Part shown: in pieces, positions 23,343 through 37,277 of the stretch | How the letters are laid out: the number at the start of each line of letters is the position of its first letter | How positions within the stretch are numbered: position 1 is the stretch's first letter | NCBI GenBank assembly: GCA_000320545.1 | Contig: ADNK01001154.1 | Coordinates: 1 to 64,000 of the forward strand | Source of the DNA: Bigelowiella natans CCMP2755 | Taxonomy: Eukaryota > Protista > Cercozoa | Reading direction: 5' to 3' | Length of the DNA stretch: 64,000 bases | Program-made: the position numbers and the translations under genes | Notes under the pieces: model-generated | What the model was told of the DNA's origin: nothing | What the model saw: the letters and a program-made list of their open reading frames with translations, nothing else | The model's database searches: none

Positions 23343-26300
23343 GTCATTTGAGAGAGCCAACGTGCCCAAAAAACGATCTGCTGCCGGAAACTAACAGCCG
23401 CTCTAATTGCGTCTCCTCCTCCTCCTCCTCCTCCTCCTCCTCCAACTTGATAATGTGCAAAAAGGGGGAACTCAGCGAGGGGCAAGAGCACGCAATGCAG
23501 CGCTGCGACAAACGAATTGGACAGCTGGAGGAGGTCCGTTGTTGTCATCGCCTGTTTTCTGCTCCAAGCTAAAGAAGAAGATCAATGCTGTTTTGTTTTT
23601 TTAAAAAAAAAAAAAAAAGAAGAAGATGGTGATGTTGCGTCGATTGATTTGGTGATGATGACCCAGCAGCAGCATCGTGTAAGATGAAAGTTATTTCCAT
23701 GATGGCAATGGTGATGAGATATATGATGGGGAGTAGGGGGAGGAGGACGTTGATAATATTGACAGTTTTCCACAACCTCTCTTTCTCTTACAATATTATT
23801 GACCATGATACGCTCTTAGATCATCGAAAGCATCAAGGACACCTTGAGGGACGAACTCGACTTAGCTCACAGGTACTACTAGTACTACTTGTAGCAGCAG
23901 TTGGCATCTTACTACGTTATGACTACACCATGATCATCATCATTGTCGTCATCGTCATCATCATCATCATCATTTCAACCCAATTTCTGATGGCAGGAGA
24001 AGTACCGGCATGAGCTTGAAGAAGCGACGCAAACAACGCATCAAGCGAAGAAGTGTGTAGTTGTCACATGAGGAGGGGAAGGGGGGAGGGGGGGGGGGGG
24101 GAAGCTTTCTCACGTGACATAATTTGCATGGAATGAAAGAATGATTAGATACGACTTCCTCTCCTCCTACCTACTGAATGATAATAGAGGAACTTCTGGA
24201 CGATGACTCGGATGATGAGTTTTATGACCGCACCATCGTGCAGAAGAGCAAGCTCAAAACCAAGAAGAAGAAAGGGTCAGACGACGGTGGAAAGGGGGGG
24301 GCGAATGATGACGGCATCGATGATAAGGTAAATGTGTATCATTGAGCAGTAGTGGTGGTGTGCTTTGCAACGATCAGCAACAAGCAGGGTTCTATCGAGG
24401 AAGCGCTATTTTTGCAGTATTTTTGTGTTAGCGTGATGATGAAGCTATCACTGCCTCTGCGTGGTGTGTGCTATTACTCGTTCGCTCGTGCCACTACAAT
24501 TCTGATGTTTGACACACAGACGGCGGTGATTCGAATGACCGTACGCGATCTTGAGAGTGCCCTCATGCACATGCGAGTGGAAAAGCTCAGATTAAGTCTG
24601 CACTACATTTCTTCATGTCTCCACCTCATCAATGTGTTTTATACATCAATACTTTTATTATCCTTCAAAGTAGTATATATTTCCACCGTTCATCACCTTC
24701 TCTATTCGTCATCAAGCATTCCTGACTACTGCACTCCTTTTCCCTTCTTTTCCTCTACTCTTCCTCCTCCTCAGCGAAATACTTGAAGGGCATCGAAGAA
24801 GGGTGTGTGTTTTAAGGAAAATATATGAATAATTACTACTGCCAATCTTTGCTCTCGTCATCGTCGTCATCACCATCATTGTCATCATCATCATCATCAC
24901 CACCACCACCACCACCATTGCCGTGTGCGTCACGAATTCACTCTTGTCATCATTTTTCCATCACTATTATCCTCGTTGTCTCGTTGTCGTTGCAGGAAGA
25001 AGAGATCTGGCAAAGAAGACTCGCTCGACGCCTATATGTCCACAGTTGATCGGGGGTATTACTATTATTGAAGATTGAATCAACGTCATCGTTATTACGA
25101 AGCCGGAAGAGGAGGAATAGGGAGGAGGAGGAGGAGGAGGAGGAGGAGGAGGAGGAGGATGGTTGCGAGACGGAGGGCGTCGCCTTATACTACTTCAAGA
25201 ATACGATGACGATGATGATACTGATGATGATGATGATGCATGATGGTGATGATTACAACGATGACAATGAGTGGTAGTGTTCGGTCGTTTAATTATATCG
25301 TTTCCTGCTGCGTTGCTGATGACACGTTTTCTAGGCTTAAAGCGGAGTCTGCTGTCAAATTCAAAGCTCAATTGGACCGCCTCGAGAGCAAAATGAATCA
25401 CTACAAAACGGTCATTCCCGCTCACATCACATTTTGTCCTGTGGCAATATGCTAATTCGAGTGCTGTACGAGTGGAGAACACGTGTAATATGTGCGTGTT
25501 ATCTCACGTGGCTTTCTTCCTTTCTTTCTTTCCTTCTAAGGCGTATTTGTGTGTGAAATATGAACATGGACACCATGGGCGTTCGTGTGTATTAACGTAC
25601 CCGGTTATCAGGCGTTGACATTTAAGAAGAAACAAGGCGCTGGTGGCAAAGGAGGAGGAGGAGGAGGAGGAGGAGGAGGAGGAGTCTCAGCCAAGCAACA
25701 ACAGCAAGAGGAGCAGCAGCGAAGACGGAGATCACGCCTATCCATTAAGGCACCGGAAAAGAAAGTCGATGATGGTGATGAAAGTGAAGAAGAGGACTAC
25801 AGGATGAATCGACCGGTAGGAATGTGTGTGTGTGTGTGTATAAGTGTGTAAGCATGTTTTATTTGAATAAAATTCCTCCCACTATACTGCTATGACGCCG
25901 CACTTTACAGAGCAAATCAACCTCCCCTGCCACGGGAAGGCCCTCCACTTCGTCCTCCGTTGGCGCTGTGCTAAAGCGAGTCACGAAGATGAAAAAGAAA
26001 ATAGAAGATAAGGTGCTAACTAGGAAACGACGACGATGATCACCACGACCACACATCCGAGCACGCGGATGATGATAATGATGACAATACATATGTGCTA
26101 TACCATGTCATTTAGAGTACATGTTGACGCGTATAGTAATTTGATGGTGTTTTGCGGCTATTTTATGCTGCGGAACGGCTTTTCCTGGCCGTGATGCAGC
26201 CGGTGAAGATGTGCCAACGACGTGGTGTTGTCTGCGAAACCTCCCAATTGGCGATGGAATTAATTGATGGCGCCTTGTTAAAATCTCTGCTTCCCACCGC

Positions 26301-26633
26301 CAGATTGAAGAAAAACGTGCTGTCGAGCATGCTGCTCTCGTCGGACCAGAAAATGACCCGAAAAAGCCGAACAAGAAGAAAAGGAAGAAGAACCAGCGCG
26401 TTAAGAGCGCGAAGGAAGACGAAGATGAGGAAAAGGGAGACCAAAAGAGCAAAGGAGACGGCGATGGTGATGATCAGGATAATGCGCCGAAGCCAGTGGA
26501 CAACGACACGCTGCGTAGCAAATATAAGGAAATTTTCGAAAAGATGCGACGGTGGGTGAGAAGAGAGATGAGGAGGAGAGGAGGAGGAGATAGAGGAGGG
26601 GGAAGGGGAAGAGAGGCACATTCACCACACACA

Positions 26634-26697
<64 letters not shown>

Positions 26698-27110
26698 TAC
26701 AAACCACGCAAACCATGAAGTTATGTGTGAAAATCATCAATGCTATCACCACCATCATCATCACCACCACCACCACCACCACCACCACCAGTACACACAC
26801 CACAATCATCAGGGACGAAGAAAACCAGAAGAGCCTTTACCGTCTCCCTGGGGTGGAGGAGGCCGAGCAGCAAGTCGGCCTGATTCTTCGGAAGAAGAAG
26901 AAACGGAAAAAAACCCAAAGTGATGGTGATGATGAGGATGGTGGCGGGGCTACGAACAAGATCCCACGCCGCTCGAAAATCGGCCCTGCTGTCGTTCCCC
27001 CCCCCACAGTATCAGAGGACCAAGCTCAGTGGCAAGACACGGCATGGCAGCCGCCTAAAGGCCAAACAGGTGACGGAAGGACGCATCTGAACGATAAGTA
27101 TGGATACTAG
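19571..27110 (+). CDS. SLC4A1AP: Kanadaptin-like FHA-domain protein; multi-exon
   Basis: FHA motifs VGRHPQCDLVLQHPSVSRAH, GSTHGTKVN and GDVIKFGESSRLY; DDDSDDEFYDRT; DSLDAYMS; hallmark C-terminus WQPPKGQTGDGRTHLNDKYGY*. Confidence 0.9.
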
Positions 27111-28359
27111 GCTAAGGGAGCGGCGGTGAAGCAAACAAATCGCTGTTGCGTAGGACATCATTCTGCCGCTCTAATCTATGTAGCCTTTATCTTCGTTCGC
27201 ATGGATCACCATGGAGGCAATGACAACAGCATGCTAGCAGCATGTGCTTGCGGGTGTACCAATGTTCTGCATCTCCCATGCAAGTTGCTCATCACGCATG
27301 CATGATAGCATGTACACGTAGCAATGATGAAATGCATTTATCTAGCTATGTCTAGATGCGTAGCTACGTTGCCTAGATAGCAGTGTGCTCATGATGTATG
27401 ATAGATGTTGCGATGGCTGATCTGCTTACGAAAGCAACACGCTCATCTAGCTCATCCTACTCTACTAGTCTAGCTAGCTAGTGCTGCTGCAGTGCACCAC
27501 CTAGCTATGCTAGCCTAGCTAGCAGCTAGCTCCACTCTGCACTATTGCAGACTGCTCTAGTGCTAGACTGCAACAGAGCTAGGAATCACCGATGTGACTG
27601 CTAGACTGCTTACTTTGCACATGCTAGTGCTACCCATCGGTAGCTTTGTGCTTGTTCAATTTGCGACATGAGACAACAAATATTTATTTTGCGAGGCAGC
27701 AGATTTGCATGTAATGATGACCTTAACAATCATGCATGATATATCACGAGCCACAGTCATGCTAGCATGCTAATAACGCGAATAGATGCAGGGATGATAA
27801 TAAACATCTAGATGTAGCTAGCTAGCTAGTAGAGAGTGGCGCATGCAACGCTACTAGCCAGCGATTATCGTACGATCTAGACGCGTTCTAGCGCTTCGTA
27901 GCGGCTACTGCTGCTCCGGACCATCTAGCTCTAGCAGCTAGGCAGATCACTGCTGTGCAATGCTAGAATGGTAATTTTGTAAGTCATGCTATAGCATGTC
28001 TAGATGTCTGCATAGAAAAGCTAGAAAGCATCAGCCATAATTCGACCTGCTAGCCTGGTATGAACTATGATCTATCATTATCCGGCATCATCAAACTGAA
28101 TGCTTACTAGAATCAACTTCGCATCATGCAACATGCAAGCTCTGATCGGCATTCTTCTCAGAGATCTCTTCTATGGCCATAGCATGGAAAAGCCAAGCCA
28201 CCAGGCAAAGTGTCGGCCTTTCATGAAAAATGCAGGAATCATTCATTTTGCTACTGCCTACGCTGTTCTCTCGCTACTACAACTAGCTGAAATAATGCGG
28301 GGATAATCACTGTAATAGCAGCAAACCTTCAGATCAGGTAAGCATCAGATGGCCCGAAA

Positions 28360-28818
28360 TCAACGTATTTTACGCGTCCAATGTCCCCTGAGAAACAATG
28401 TCATCATCAGCCCTTTCTTCCGCAGTGCGTCACAGAGAAGAAGGCATGGATAAATACCTCTTGAAGGACGCCTCGGATTGTGTTTTCTTCGCCTTTTCTT
28501 GCCGGTTGAAAATCTTCCAGAATCGGAGCGTCTCGTCCGCCCCTGCGGAGCAGAGAGTCGTTCCATCTGGAGACTGGAAATACGGGAAGGGTGAGTTGTT
28601 GCACCGATGATGATGACATCGACGGTGATACTACTTTAATGGGATACTACGAACGGTGCAGTTACCAAGGAAGTGTGCAGCACCCGGGAGCTGTGCCCCT
28701 TCAAGTCTATAATTTTTGACATGTTTGAGTAGTTCCAAACCGAGATTTGGTTTTGGGAATATCCATGAGCGGACACTAGCTCTCGGCTACTACGACTCCA
28801 TTGCAAGGAGCACACCTG

Positions 28819-28869
<51 letters not shown>

Positions 28870-28900
28870 CCATCGCCATCGTTATTCGATGCATACATAT

Positions 28901-28938
<38 letters not shown>

Positions 28939-29358
28939 TGCAGAAGGTGTGCGTGTGCGTGTGTACATGATACGTGCATGATAGCAAGAATCTATGCTAC
29001 CTGGCTGTCGGTTTCTGTGCTCTTAATCAAGGTTCCCGTGGTGGTGTTGAAGAATCGTATGCAACGATCCGCAGTCCCTGCTCCCGTGGCAAGAAGATTT
29101 CTCTGAAAGGGACTCCACGCGAGTGCTCTTACAGCTGCTTTGTGCTCAGTAAACTCCATTCGTGGATTTCTGGGGGGTGGGTACGGTTTTCGAAACATCA
29201 GCGATTCGATGCGGTATATGTTGGTTGAATCTGTGTTGTTGTTGTTGTTGTTTTCATCTGTAGCATTGGACGTCTTACTGGTGTCCAAACTCCCATATGA
29301 AGCACTTGTTATCGTTCCCTCCCGAGGCAAGCTAATCACGTGTGCATATTATATACAT

Positions 29359-29396
<38 letters not shown>

Positions 29397-30157
29397 AATT
29401 GCGTATTGTATCGTTCCGCCTTACAGGCACCTCCCATGATCATCATGATCATCATAGGTAAAGAAGCAAGAGGTAGTAAGTATTATGCTTTTTGCTGCTG
29501 CTGCTGGTGGTGGTGGTGGTGGTGGTGGTGTTGCTTCACCAACCTGTGTACCATCAGGCGACCACGTCAACCCACACACCTCCTGGGTATGGCTACTATG
29601 GGAGGAGATAACGTTTTGGGAAATCCGAACATCGTGGTGAATCACAAGAGAGTCTCTGCCTCCAGATGACAAGACGTGATTGTTCCAAGATAAGGCAGCA
29701 ATCCTTGCATCGTGCCCCTGTGAATAGCATGTCGCAGAAGATGTACTCAGCAAAATCGACCCGACAGCGTTCCTTTCAATAAATAAGAAAATGGCCCCAA
29801 ATAAACCTGCATGCTACGGATAAGTCGTTGATTTTCCACGTTCCAGATCTGCACGTTCTTGTCCCCAGAGCCGATGGCAAGGTGGGATCCATCAGCGACC
29901 CACCGCAACGATGTGATCAGGTTTTCTTCGTCTCTGGATTAGGAATAAATGCACACATCAACCACATTATACGCCTATATACACGCGTGTGTGCGTGTTT
30001 GGTGTTTTCTTGTTGAAACTTATTTAGCTGCCCTTCTTGGCCTCTAATACTACGCTACTCACTCGCTCTCCATAAGTTGGTTGATTTCCCCTGTTCGTGC
30101 ATTCCAAAGGTACACGGTGGGGCCAAGGCCAACGGCAAGAACGTTTTCGCTGATAAC

Positions 30158-30200
<43 letters not shown>

Positions 30201-31040
30201 ATGCATTTGTTACGGATAACCATTCATAACATGGAAACGGCAGGGATGAGTGCTTCCCTTACGATATGCTTTAGTGTCACATTGGCGCCACCACAAGACA
30301 AATATCATCATCATCATCATCATCATCGTTTCATCGTAATCACCTACAAGGGTTCTACTTGTAATATTTGTGATTAATTGTTGGTATTACTGTCATCGTT
30401 ATTACCTTGACCAATCTAGAATGTTGACGTAATAGTCGTCCAGTAGCTCTGGAGCATCTAAAATCCTTTCTGGGTGTGCGCTGATATATCGTGCCGCCTT
30501 TCGCACTCGTCGAGATTCCCTATTGGCACTGTACAGGACTCGCAGCTTATTGTGGAAGTTCTCCGTCCCTTTAGGTGCCTTCGGTTTCTGTTTGAATGCC
30601 AGAATCTTCGACTTCAAGCCGTCGCCATTGAAGAGTTCTTTTGCTAGGGTGTCCTGAAACTGCAGCGAGGCGGATGCGGGGCAGTTTTTCTCGTCGTCGC
30701 GCGGAAGGAGGGGGGCGGAGTTGAATTGGAACTCTTGGAGATCTGGGTTTGACGAGGTGCTTGTGGAAATGAACCGATCCGGGCAAAAAGGAGAGCAGAA
30801 CTTCCTCCTCTTCTTGCTGTCAGAGAACGGAGTAAAGGGCAGACCGACCTTTATCTTGGATGCCGATTTTGTTGCTGACATTCTCATTTTTCGGGGAGTA
30901 GTCGTACGCCGAGATCTCGCATATCGCTTCCTGGCGGATGAGGTTGATGATGGTGTCAATGCACTACTCTTGGGAAGCCTCCTCTTCTTCGGTGTGAGTC
31001 CGGTGGCTGATATCTTCGAATTTTCCATTTTGGTGGCCAT
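28360..31040 (-). CDS. CDC20: APC/C activator CDC20/Fizzy (WD40); multi-exon
   Basis: C-box-like DRFI, KILAFK motif, [47 protein letters not shown]-terminal IR tail (RKIR*). Confidence 0.93.
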
Positions 31041-31794
31041 GTTTGTTATCTCTATTTGCAGAAGAAGAGGTTTTAATTACGTCTTCTCGAAATTTAGTTC
31101 CCCTCTTGAATAAGAAACAAATGAATCGGGTCAGTTCTTAGGAGCCGGATAGAGTATGGGTGTTTCGTCTTTCGTCTTTCGTCCTAGGTGCTAATGGGAA
31201 GGCTGCACGCTTTTGAGATTCGTTCTCGGCACGGCTGCTCGTTTACAATGCGAATTAAGATTTTCCTGGAGTCTTCGGGTACGAAGAATGACCCTATTTA
31301 CGCATAAAATTCTGAATAACCTCTGAGGTAGTGTAAGAATTCAATCAAATTTTTGAATTGGTCGACTTAAAAGAAGTTCTCTTGACTGAGTGTCATAAAC
31401 AGGTACTATGTGCCGTCGCATGGTAGAAACTCTATGCGATTTTCCTAGTTTTACTCCTGAAATTAAAGAATGTTAACGGCTCTCTTGCTGATGATCTCTT
31501 GCTTGCCGTTTGCAGCGCTGATCGCATAAGTGCGACAATCGAAATTCGTGCTGTTTGAAGATAAAATGGATCACCATGTACTCGTAGGAAACTAAAATCG
31601 ATTCTCAAAGTGAGGAAATAATTTACGAAGTTATCCGGATGAATTATGACCTAAATATTGTGTTCTACGGAGTGTTCCTGACAAGACGCACAAGCTTGAA
31701 CTGCGACAAGGCGGTGTCCTTTTGGTTTGTACGACATGATTTTTCTTTCTACTTCCATTCAAAACTCATGCCGTTTCTGTTCTGAAAAACATAG

Positions 31795-33317
31795 ATGCGC
31801 TGGAGGTGGGGTGCTCTGCCCATCACGCCCCGCTCCCCTCCCCTTGTGGGTCAAACTCTACGCTTGCCGTCGTTCAAAAGGAGATTTCCCATTCGACATA
31901 ATTCAAGTCAACAGGTGTGATAACAGTCACTTTTGTAATCCGAAGTATTGGGCATCTCATCTTCCTTTCGGTGTAATAACAGGGGGGGAAAGAGTTCAAG
32001 GAGAGAATCCGATTTTATGATAGAGCTTTCCTCACACTCAAAGCAGGTATTTCCATCAGTCTCATTGTAGCTAGATGCTAACTTCTTTCGAATGTTACGG
32101 TATAGGTACTGGCGGCAATGGAAACAAGAGGTAATGGCATTAATGACGATAGCAACAATGTCCTTACACATGAATGTCCTTACATATTCTTGCTACCAGC
32201 TTCATCACGGATCGATACGGAAACAAACTTCCAGACGGGTAACGTGCATGGATTTCCTTGTGATGGCACCGATTGATGAGTGTATTTGTGGATTGCAACA
32301 ATTGTAGGGAGCGTGGTGGAGATGGCGGCGACGTTATTCTTCAAGCGTGTTCGCATCAGCAAGCTCTGAAGTTGTTGAATAAAAATGTTTTTGACTGTGA
32401 TCCGGAATATCACAATCTAATAAGTGTACTGTTGCAGATTCGAATCTTTCCACCATATGGGGAAAAAAGGTGCGAGGAAGGGTCACTGGCCATAGAGAGA
32501 GAAGTAGAACGAGGGAGGGTTGCGTGGAGATGATTTGCTTGCATTCGCGTCGTACTGTGGTGGTTGGGAAATGTTTGAAGATGGATACTGTTCTTGTCTT
32601 GTAGGAGAAAACGGCAAGTCCAACAACAAACGGGGACGAAAAGGGGCGGATTATGTCATCAAAGTCCCCATCGGGTATTCTTTTGTTTCCCTGCTACCTT
32701 TAAACGTGTGTGGGGGCGGGGGGGCAGCGACTTCATCATACGTCTGTGTATTTGAGATGGACTGGATTACCCTTTAGGACAGTCGTAAAGCGTGTCCATC
32801 GTGATGAAGAAACAAGGTTCAACGACCTTCCCTCCCTTTTCCATAAGGAGGCCTCAGCAATGCGCTGCTATTATATTCACGACGCAATGCTTAACATAAC
32901 TCTTAGAGAACGCTCATTTTCGGACGTCATCGCCGACCTGACAGAAGAGAGTCAACGGTTGTTATATTAACGTCTTGTTGATTGCTGGTTGGTGCCGAGT
33001 AGCTTGTCCTTTGCTTCAGCGGGATCGCATGCTGCTAACACATAGTAAACAAACGGTAGGTTTTGCGCGGCAAAGGGTGGAAAAGGCGGGCAGGGAAACG
33101 TCTCATTTAAGACAAAGTAAGCAGTATCTGACGCCATAAACTACGAACGAAATCTAACGATATTACCCAAGAGCGAGGGGGTGAGCATGGAATGATGCAA
33201 ACAGGTGGCAACGTCGTCCGGAAATCAGGGAGCTAGGGAAGGTACTCTGCCTGCTACTACTGCTACTACTGCCTGCTACTACTCTCAAGCATCGAGGGGG
33301 GGGGGAGAAGAGAGAAT

Positions 33318-33362
<45 letters not shown>

Positions 33363-33369
33363 GATAGAA

Positions 33370-33408
<39 letters not shown>

Positions 33409-33442
33409 GACAACCCGCTTCTTACCTTCTTAACTTTATGAT

Positions 33443-33487
<45 letters not shown>

Positions 33488-33714
33488 CTTACCTCTGATC
33501 ATCATTCTCAGGGCTTAGTTGGGTTCCCGAACGCTGGGAAGTCCTCCTTTCTACGCAGAGTCTCACGAGCCAGGCCGAAGGTTGACACTAGCAGCAGCAG
33601 CAGCAGCAGCAAACGCGATGTCCCTGTGTAAATTAGCAAGATATTTAATAATAATAATAATAATAATAACAATGATAATGATAATGATAATAATCATAAT
33701 CATAATAATAGTGG

Positions 33715-33749
<35 letters not shown>

Positions 33750-35423
33750 GGTGGCGGTGGTGGTGGAGGAGGAGTGGTAGGCCGATGATTACATTAGAAA
33801 CTTTTGGCTGTGTCCGAAATACAACCAATCTTTGATTGTTGAAGGTCGGGAGCAGCGTTGGCTGCACCGTTCCTTTCATGACGAGATCAAGTTCAAATGA
33901 GGCTAATAATGCTGCTGCTGCTGCTGCTGCTGCCACCTCTTATTGCTGTTCGCATTCTTTCCACAAACGACACTACGATAGGATACCAAACAGAATTTAC
34001 CACAAGTATTTATCTACTATCGCTGTTGATATGCTTGCAAACTACTGAGCATGGGTGATAAATCAAACCCTGCGAGGGTCGGAGGAGGAGGAGAAGGAGG
34101 AGGAGGGGGGGGGGGACTTTGAATTTATCATTTGACCACACGACCACACATGCCCGGAAACCATGCTTTATGGGGGTGAATGAAGCTTTTATATTATATT
34201 TACTACTTCTTCCCATGATGAGCATCAGTATTTTCATACATGCACCGACCCTCCTTCTTCTTCTTCTTCTTCTTCTGCTGCTGCTGCTGGTCCGTCTTCT
34301 CTTCCAGGTGGGCCATTGGCCATTCACGACGCTACAGCCGCACGTAGGAATCGTGGAAGCAGCCGATCCAGCAATGTAATGAGAGCAAGAAGAGAGACAG
34401 TGCGGAAATAACAACGATAATAAGTAGTAGTAGTACTGCAAGTTGGAGAAACTGCCCTACCACAACCAACTTACCTGACGCATCGCAACAATGCTGTTCG
34501 TGCCGGCACCATCATCATCAGATAATAAACTTAGAGGGGGTGGCGGAAGAGTTGGGCATTATCTCCAGTTTTTTTTTTATTTTATTATTTTATTTTTTTT
34601 TCCACCCTCTTTACACACCTGCTTCATACTCCTTTCAGGACGCAATTCACGGTCGCAGATATACCTGGTAAAGGCGCTGTGTTGTGCTCGTTAAAGGGAA
34701 TGATGTATATCGTGTATATATGACACACATGTGTACGTGTGTAAGTGCAAGTGTGTGGTGTTTTGTGCTGTGTTTTTCCTTATTCACATCCCCCGTAAGG
34801 TTTGATTGAAGGTGCAAGCGAAGGGAGGGGTCTTGGCCACCATTTCCTCCGGCACATCGAGCGTGTGAAAGTCCTTCTCTTCGTGCTTGATGGAGGTGAT
34901 GAGTGATGACTTACCATTCCGAGCAGATGGGTGACATGGGCAATAAATTGAAAAAACCTCATAGCTGCTGTCTCCATATCATTTCCCCCACAAAGCAACA
35001 TTTCCTTTTTGGGTTTTCTTCTACGACTTCCTTCCTCCCCCCCCCCCAGCCTCCAGCGACTTTCGGTGTCCGGCTGAAGACCTACACCAGCTCATTACGG
35101 AACTAAACACGTGCGTGCATCTGTTTATTTTATCTAAATCTCTACCCACTCTTCCCCAGCAGCAGCAGCATACTACTACTACTACTACTACCACTACTAC
35201 CCTGAGTAGACTAGTAAACCAGACTTAGCAGCAGTGATACGTCAGCCACTCTAGGAAGGAGTAATAGGAGTAGTATCACCTTGTAGAGCATTAAGTATTA
35301 CTCTCCTGGGCGCTTATTACGTTTATGACACCGAAGGTATTCTCCGAAGATAGCTCAGAGGCCTGCACTTGTCTTTTTGAACAAAAACGGTAGGCATGGC
35401 TTTGGCCTCGCATCCGCAAGCAG

Positions 35424-35483
<60 letters not shown>

Positions 35484-36037
35484 TTTGGGTTTTTATCGTC
35501 GATAATTCGCAGATATTGACGAGGGGGTTTTCGAGCATAACGAACAGAAGGTAATGTTTCTTAGTATAGTATCAGTAGATCACGCAGCAGTCTGTCAAAA
35601 TACTGCTGGTGTGTTCTCTGTTGTAGGTGAGAGCTACCAGCCCCTTTGAAGTAGTCGTTGGCACCGCTGCGGAGGAGAACGCAATCGGGATGCAAGATGT
35701 AATAAAATTAAATGATGTTATGACAAGTTTTTGTGGAAAGCAGGGGCTGGTAGCCATTCTGTAATATTTACCAGAATCGTGCATCCTGCGTCAGAAAAGG
35801 AGTGGTGATATATGGTTTTTGGCATGTGCCGAACAACTTTCTATGAGACTGCTCATGCAAAAAGTGTGAAGATATTCTGAATTATCTTTTTGGTGTGTAG
35901 GTGATCGACAAGCTCCACGACCTACTTCGGAAGGTTTATTGTCAATTCTATGTCAGCCATGGGTGTTCTAAACTTTTCATTTATCTGTGTAGGCCGACCC
36001 TGAAAATTTTCCAACATATACTCGCCGACATTCCTAG
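31795..36037 (+). CDS. Obg-family GTPase, probably mitochondrial (MTG2/GTPBP5-like); multi-exon
   Basis: Arg-rich presequence MRWRWG...RHNSS; [17 protein letters not shown]; GGDGGDV; [12 protein letters not shown]; [11 protein letters not shown]; [26 protein letters not shown]. Confidence 0.9.
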
Positions 36038-36567
36038 ACGCATTTGCGATGGGATCGTATCGCAACAAATATCAACTTTATTTGAAAAGCAAATTGTGAT
36101 TCTGTACATGCGGTTGCTTCAACATACTCTGCCTAACCAGATACATGCACGCAGCAGCAGCGCGTGGTCCTGATAATCGCAGTGGTAGAAGCTTCTAGCA
36201 ATGATGAGTGCCTCGATCTACATGTAGCAAGGTCGAGCAGAATGATGATTCATGCCACCGCCGTTGTGCATCATACATATCACATGTGCATTGCTGTGTC
36301 TATTATGTGCCATTATAATTACTGTGTCTGTTATGATGATGTGATTTTGGGATTAATTCGATCAATGCAAACTTCTGCATGAACGCTATTTTAATAATCG
36401 AATTAATTTGATTAGTTGATTGTCCAGCGCTAAATAAATTGTGCTAGTTGTAGCACTTGGCTCGCGCATTGAAGCAGGACGAGATGCTCCATGTCTTTTA
36501 CTAGCCGCCTAGTCTACGGCACGTGCATTAGGGTTACAGCAGAGACAAATAAATATAGCATAACCCA

Positions 36568-36730
36568 TAAGCGCGGCGTAGCCGCTGCCTTTGCATAGCT
36601 ACATTAGGATGACTATACAAGCGATTTAGCTCTCTTCATTACATCCGTCTCATATGGTAAGTGCTGTAGCCGCTGCTTAGTGAAATTTGCATAGCTAGCT
36701 AGCTACATTAGGATAACTACTGAAGCGATG
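36568..36730 (+). repeat. Dispersed ~90-bp repeat family, two tandem units
   Basis: TAAG...GTAGCCGCTGC...TTGCATAGCTACATTAGGAT at 36568 and 36658; partial copy ~36946; further copy at 62708. Confidence 0.8.
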
Positions 36731-36795
36731 ACAATCGCTAACGAGTACCAATTAGCGTGCCAAAATGTCTTTGTTGTCGTTATTGCATTAAAATA

Positions 36796-36823
36796 TAACC
36801 CTAACCCAAACCCTAACCCTAAC
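36796..36823 (-). repeat. Interstitial telomere-like (TTAGGG)n tract
   Basis: TAACCCTAACCCAAACCCTAACCCTAAC. Confidence 0.75.
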
Positions 36824-37277
36824 AACACCCAAACTCACCATCTGTTCCCAATTTCGTACATGCAAAATCTGTTTTTGCATATGCAAAATCAGTCTTTGCA
36901 ATGTCAAAAAACTGATTTTGTGTCCACACCGATTTTGATGGGAAGATAGCTACACTAGGAAGACTATCAAAAAGACTAATAACATCACATCATTATATTC
37001 GTTCCATATGTACAATGTATATGTAGACCGTTGAACATTTTTAATTTCTTCACTACATTCTTCTCAAACGTCTAAGCACACACTTTGTCGACTATCTAGA
37101 CTAGTAAAGGCTATATTGGTAGTTTGTGAGGCAGCGGAATAAGAGCTGATGATGTGTGTGCAAACGAAAATTGCTAAGAGAAATCCTGCATAACTGGGGT
37201 AATCTTTACGGATGTTCAATAGATGCAACCTGCAAGCTATTTCAACTTACAGGATATAAATATAAACCTGAAAGGAT

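Noticed and set aside
36796-36823. Chromosome end or fusion point
   Set aside because: Only ~4.5 imperfect units inside an intergenic repeat, with genes continuing on both sides.
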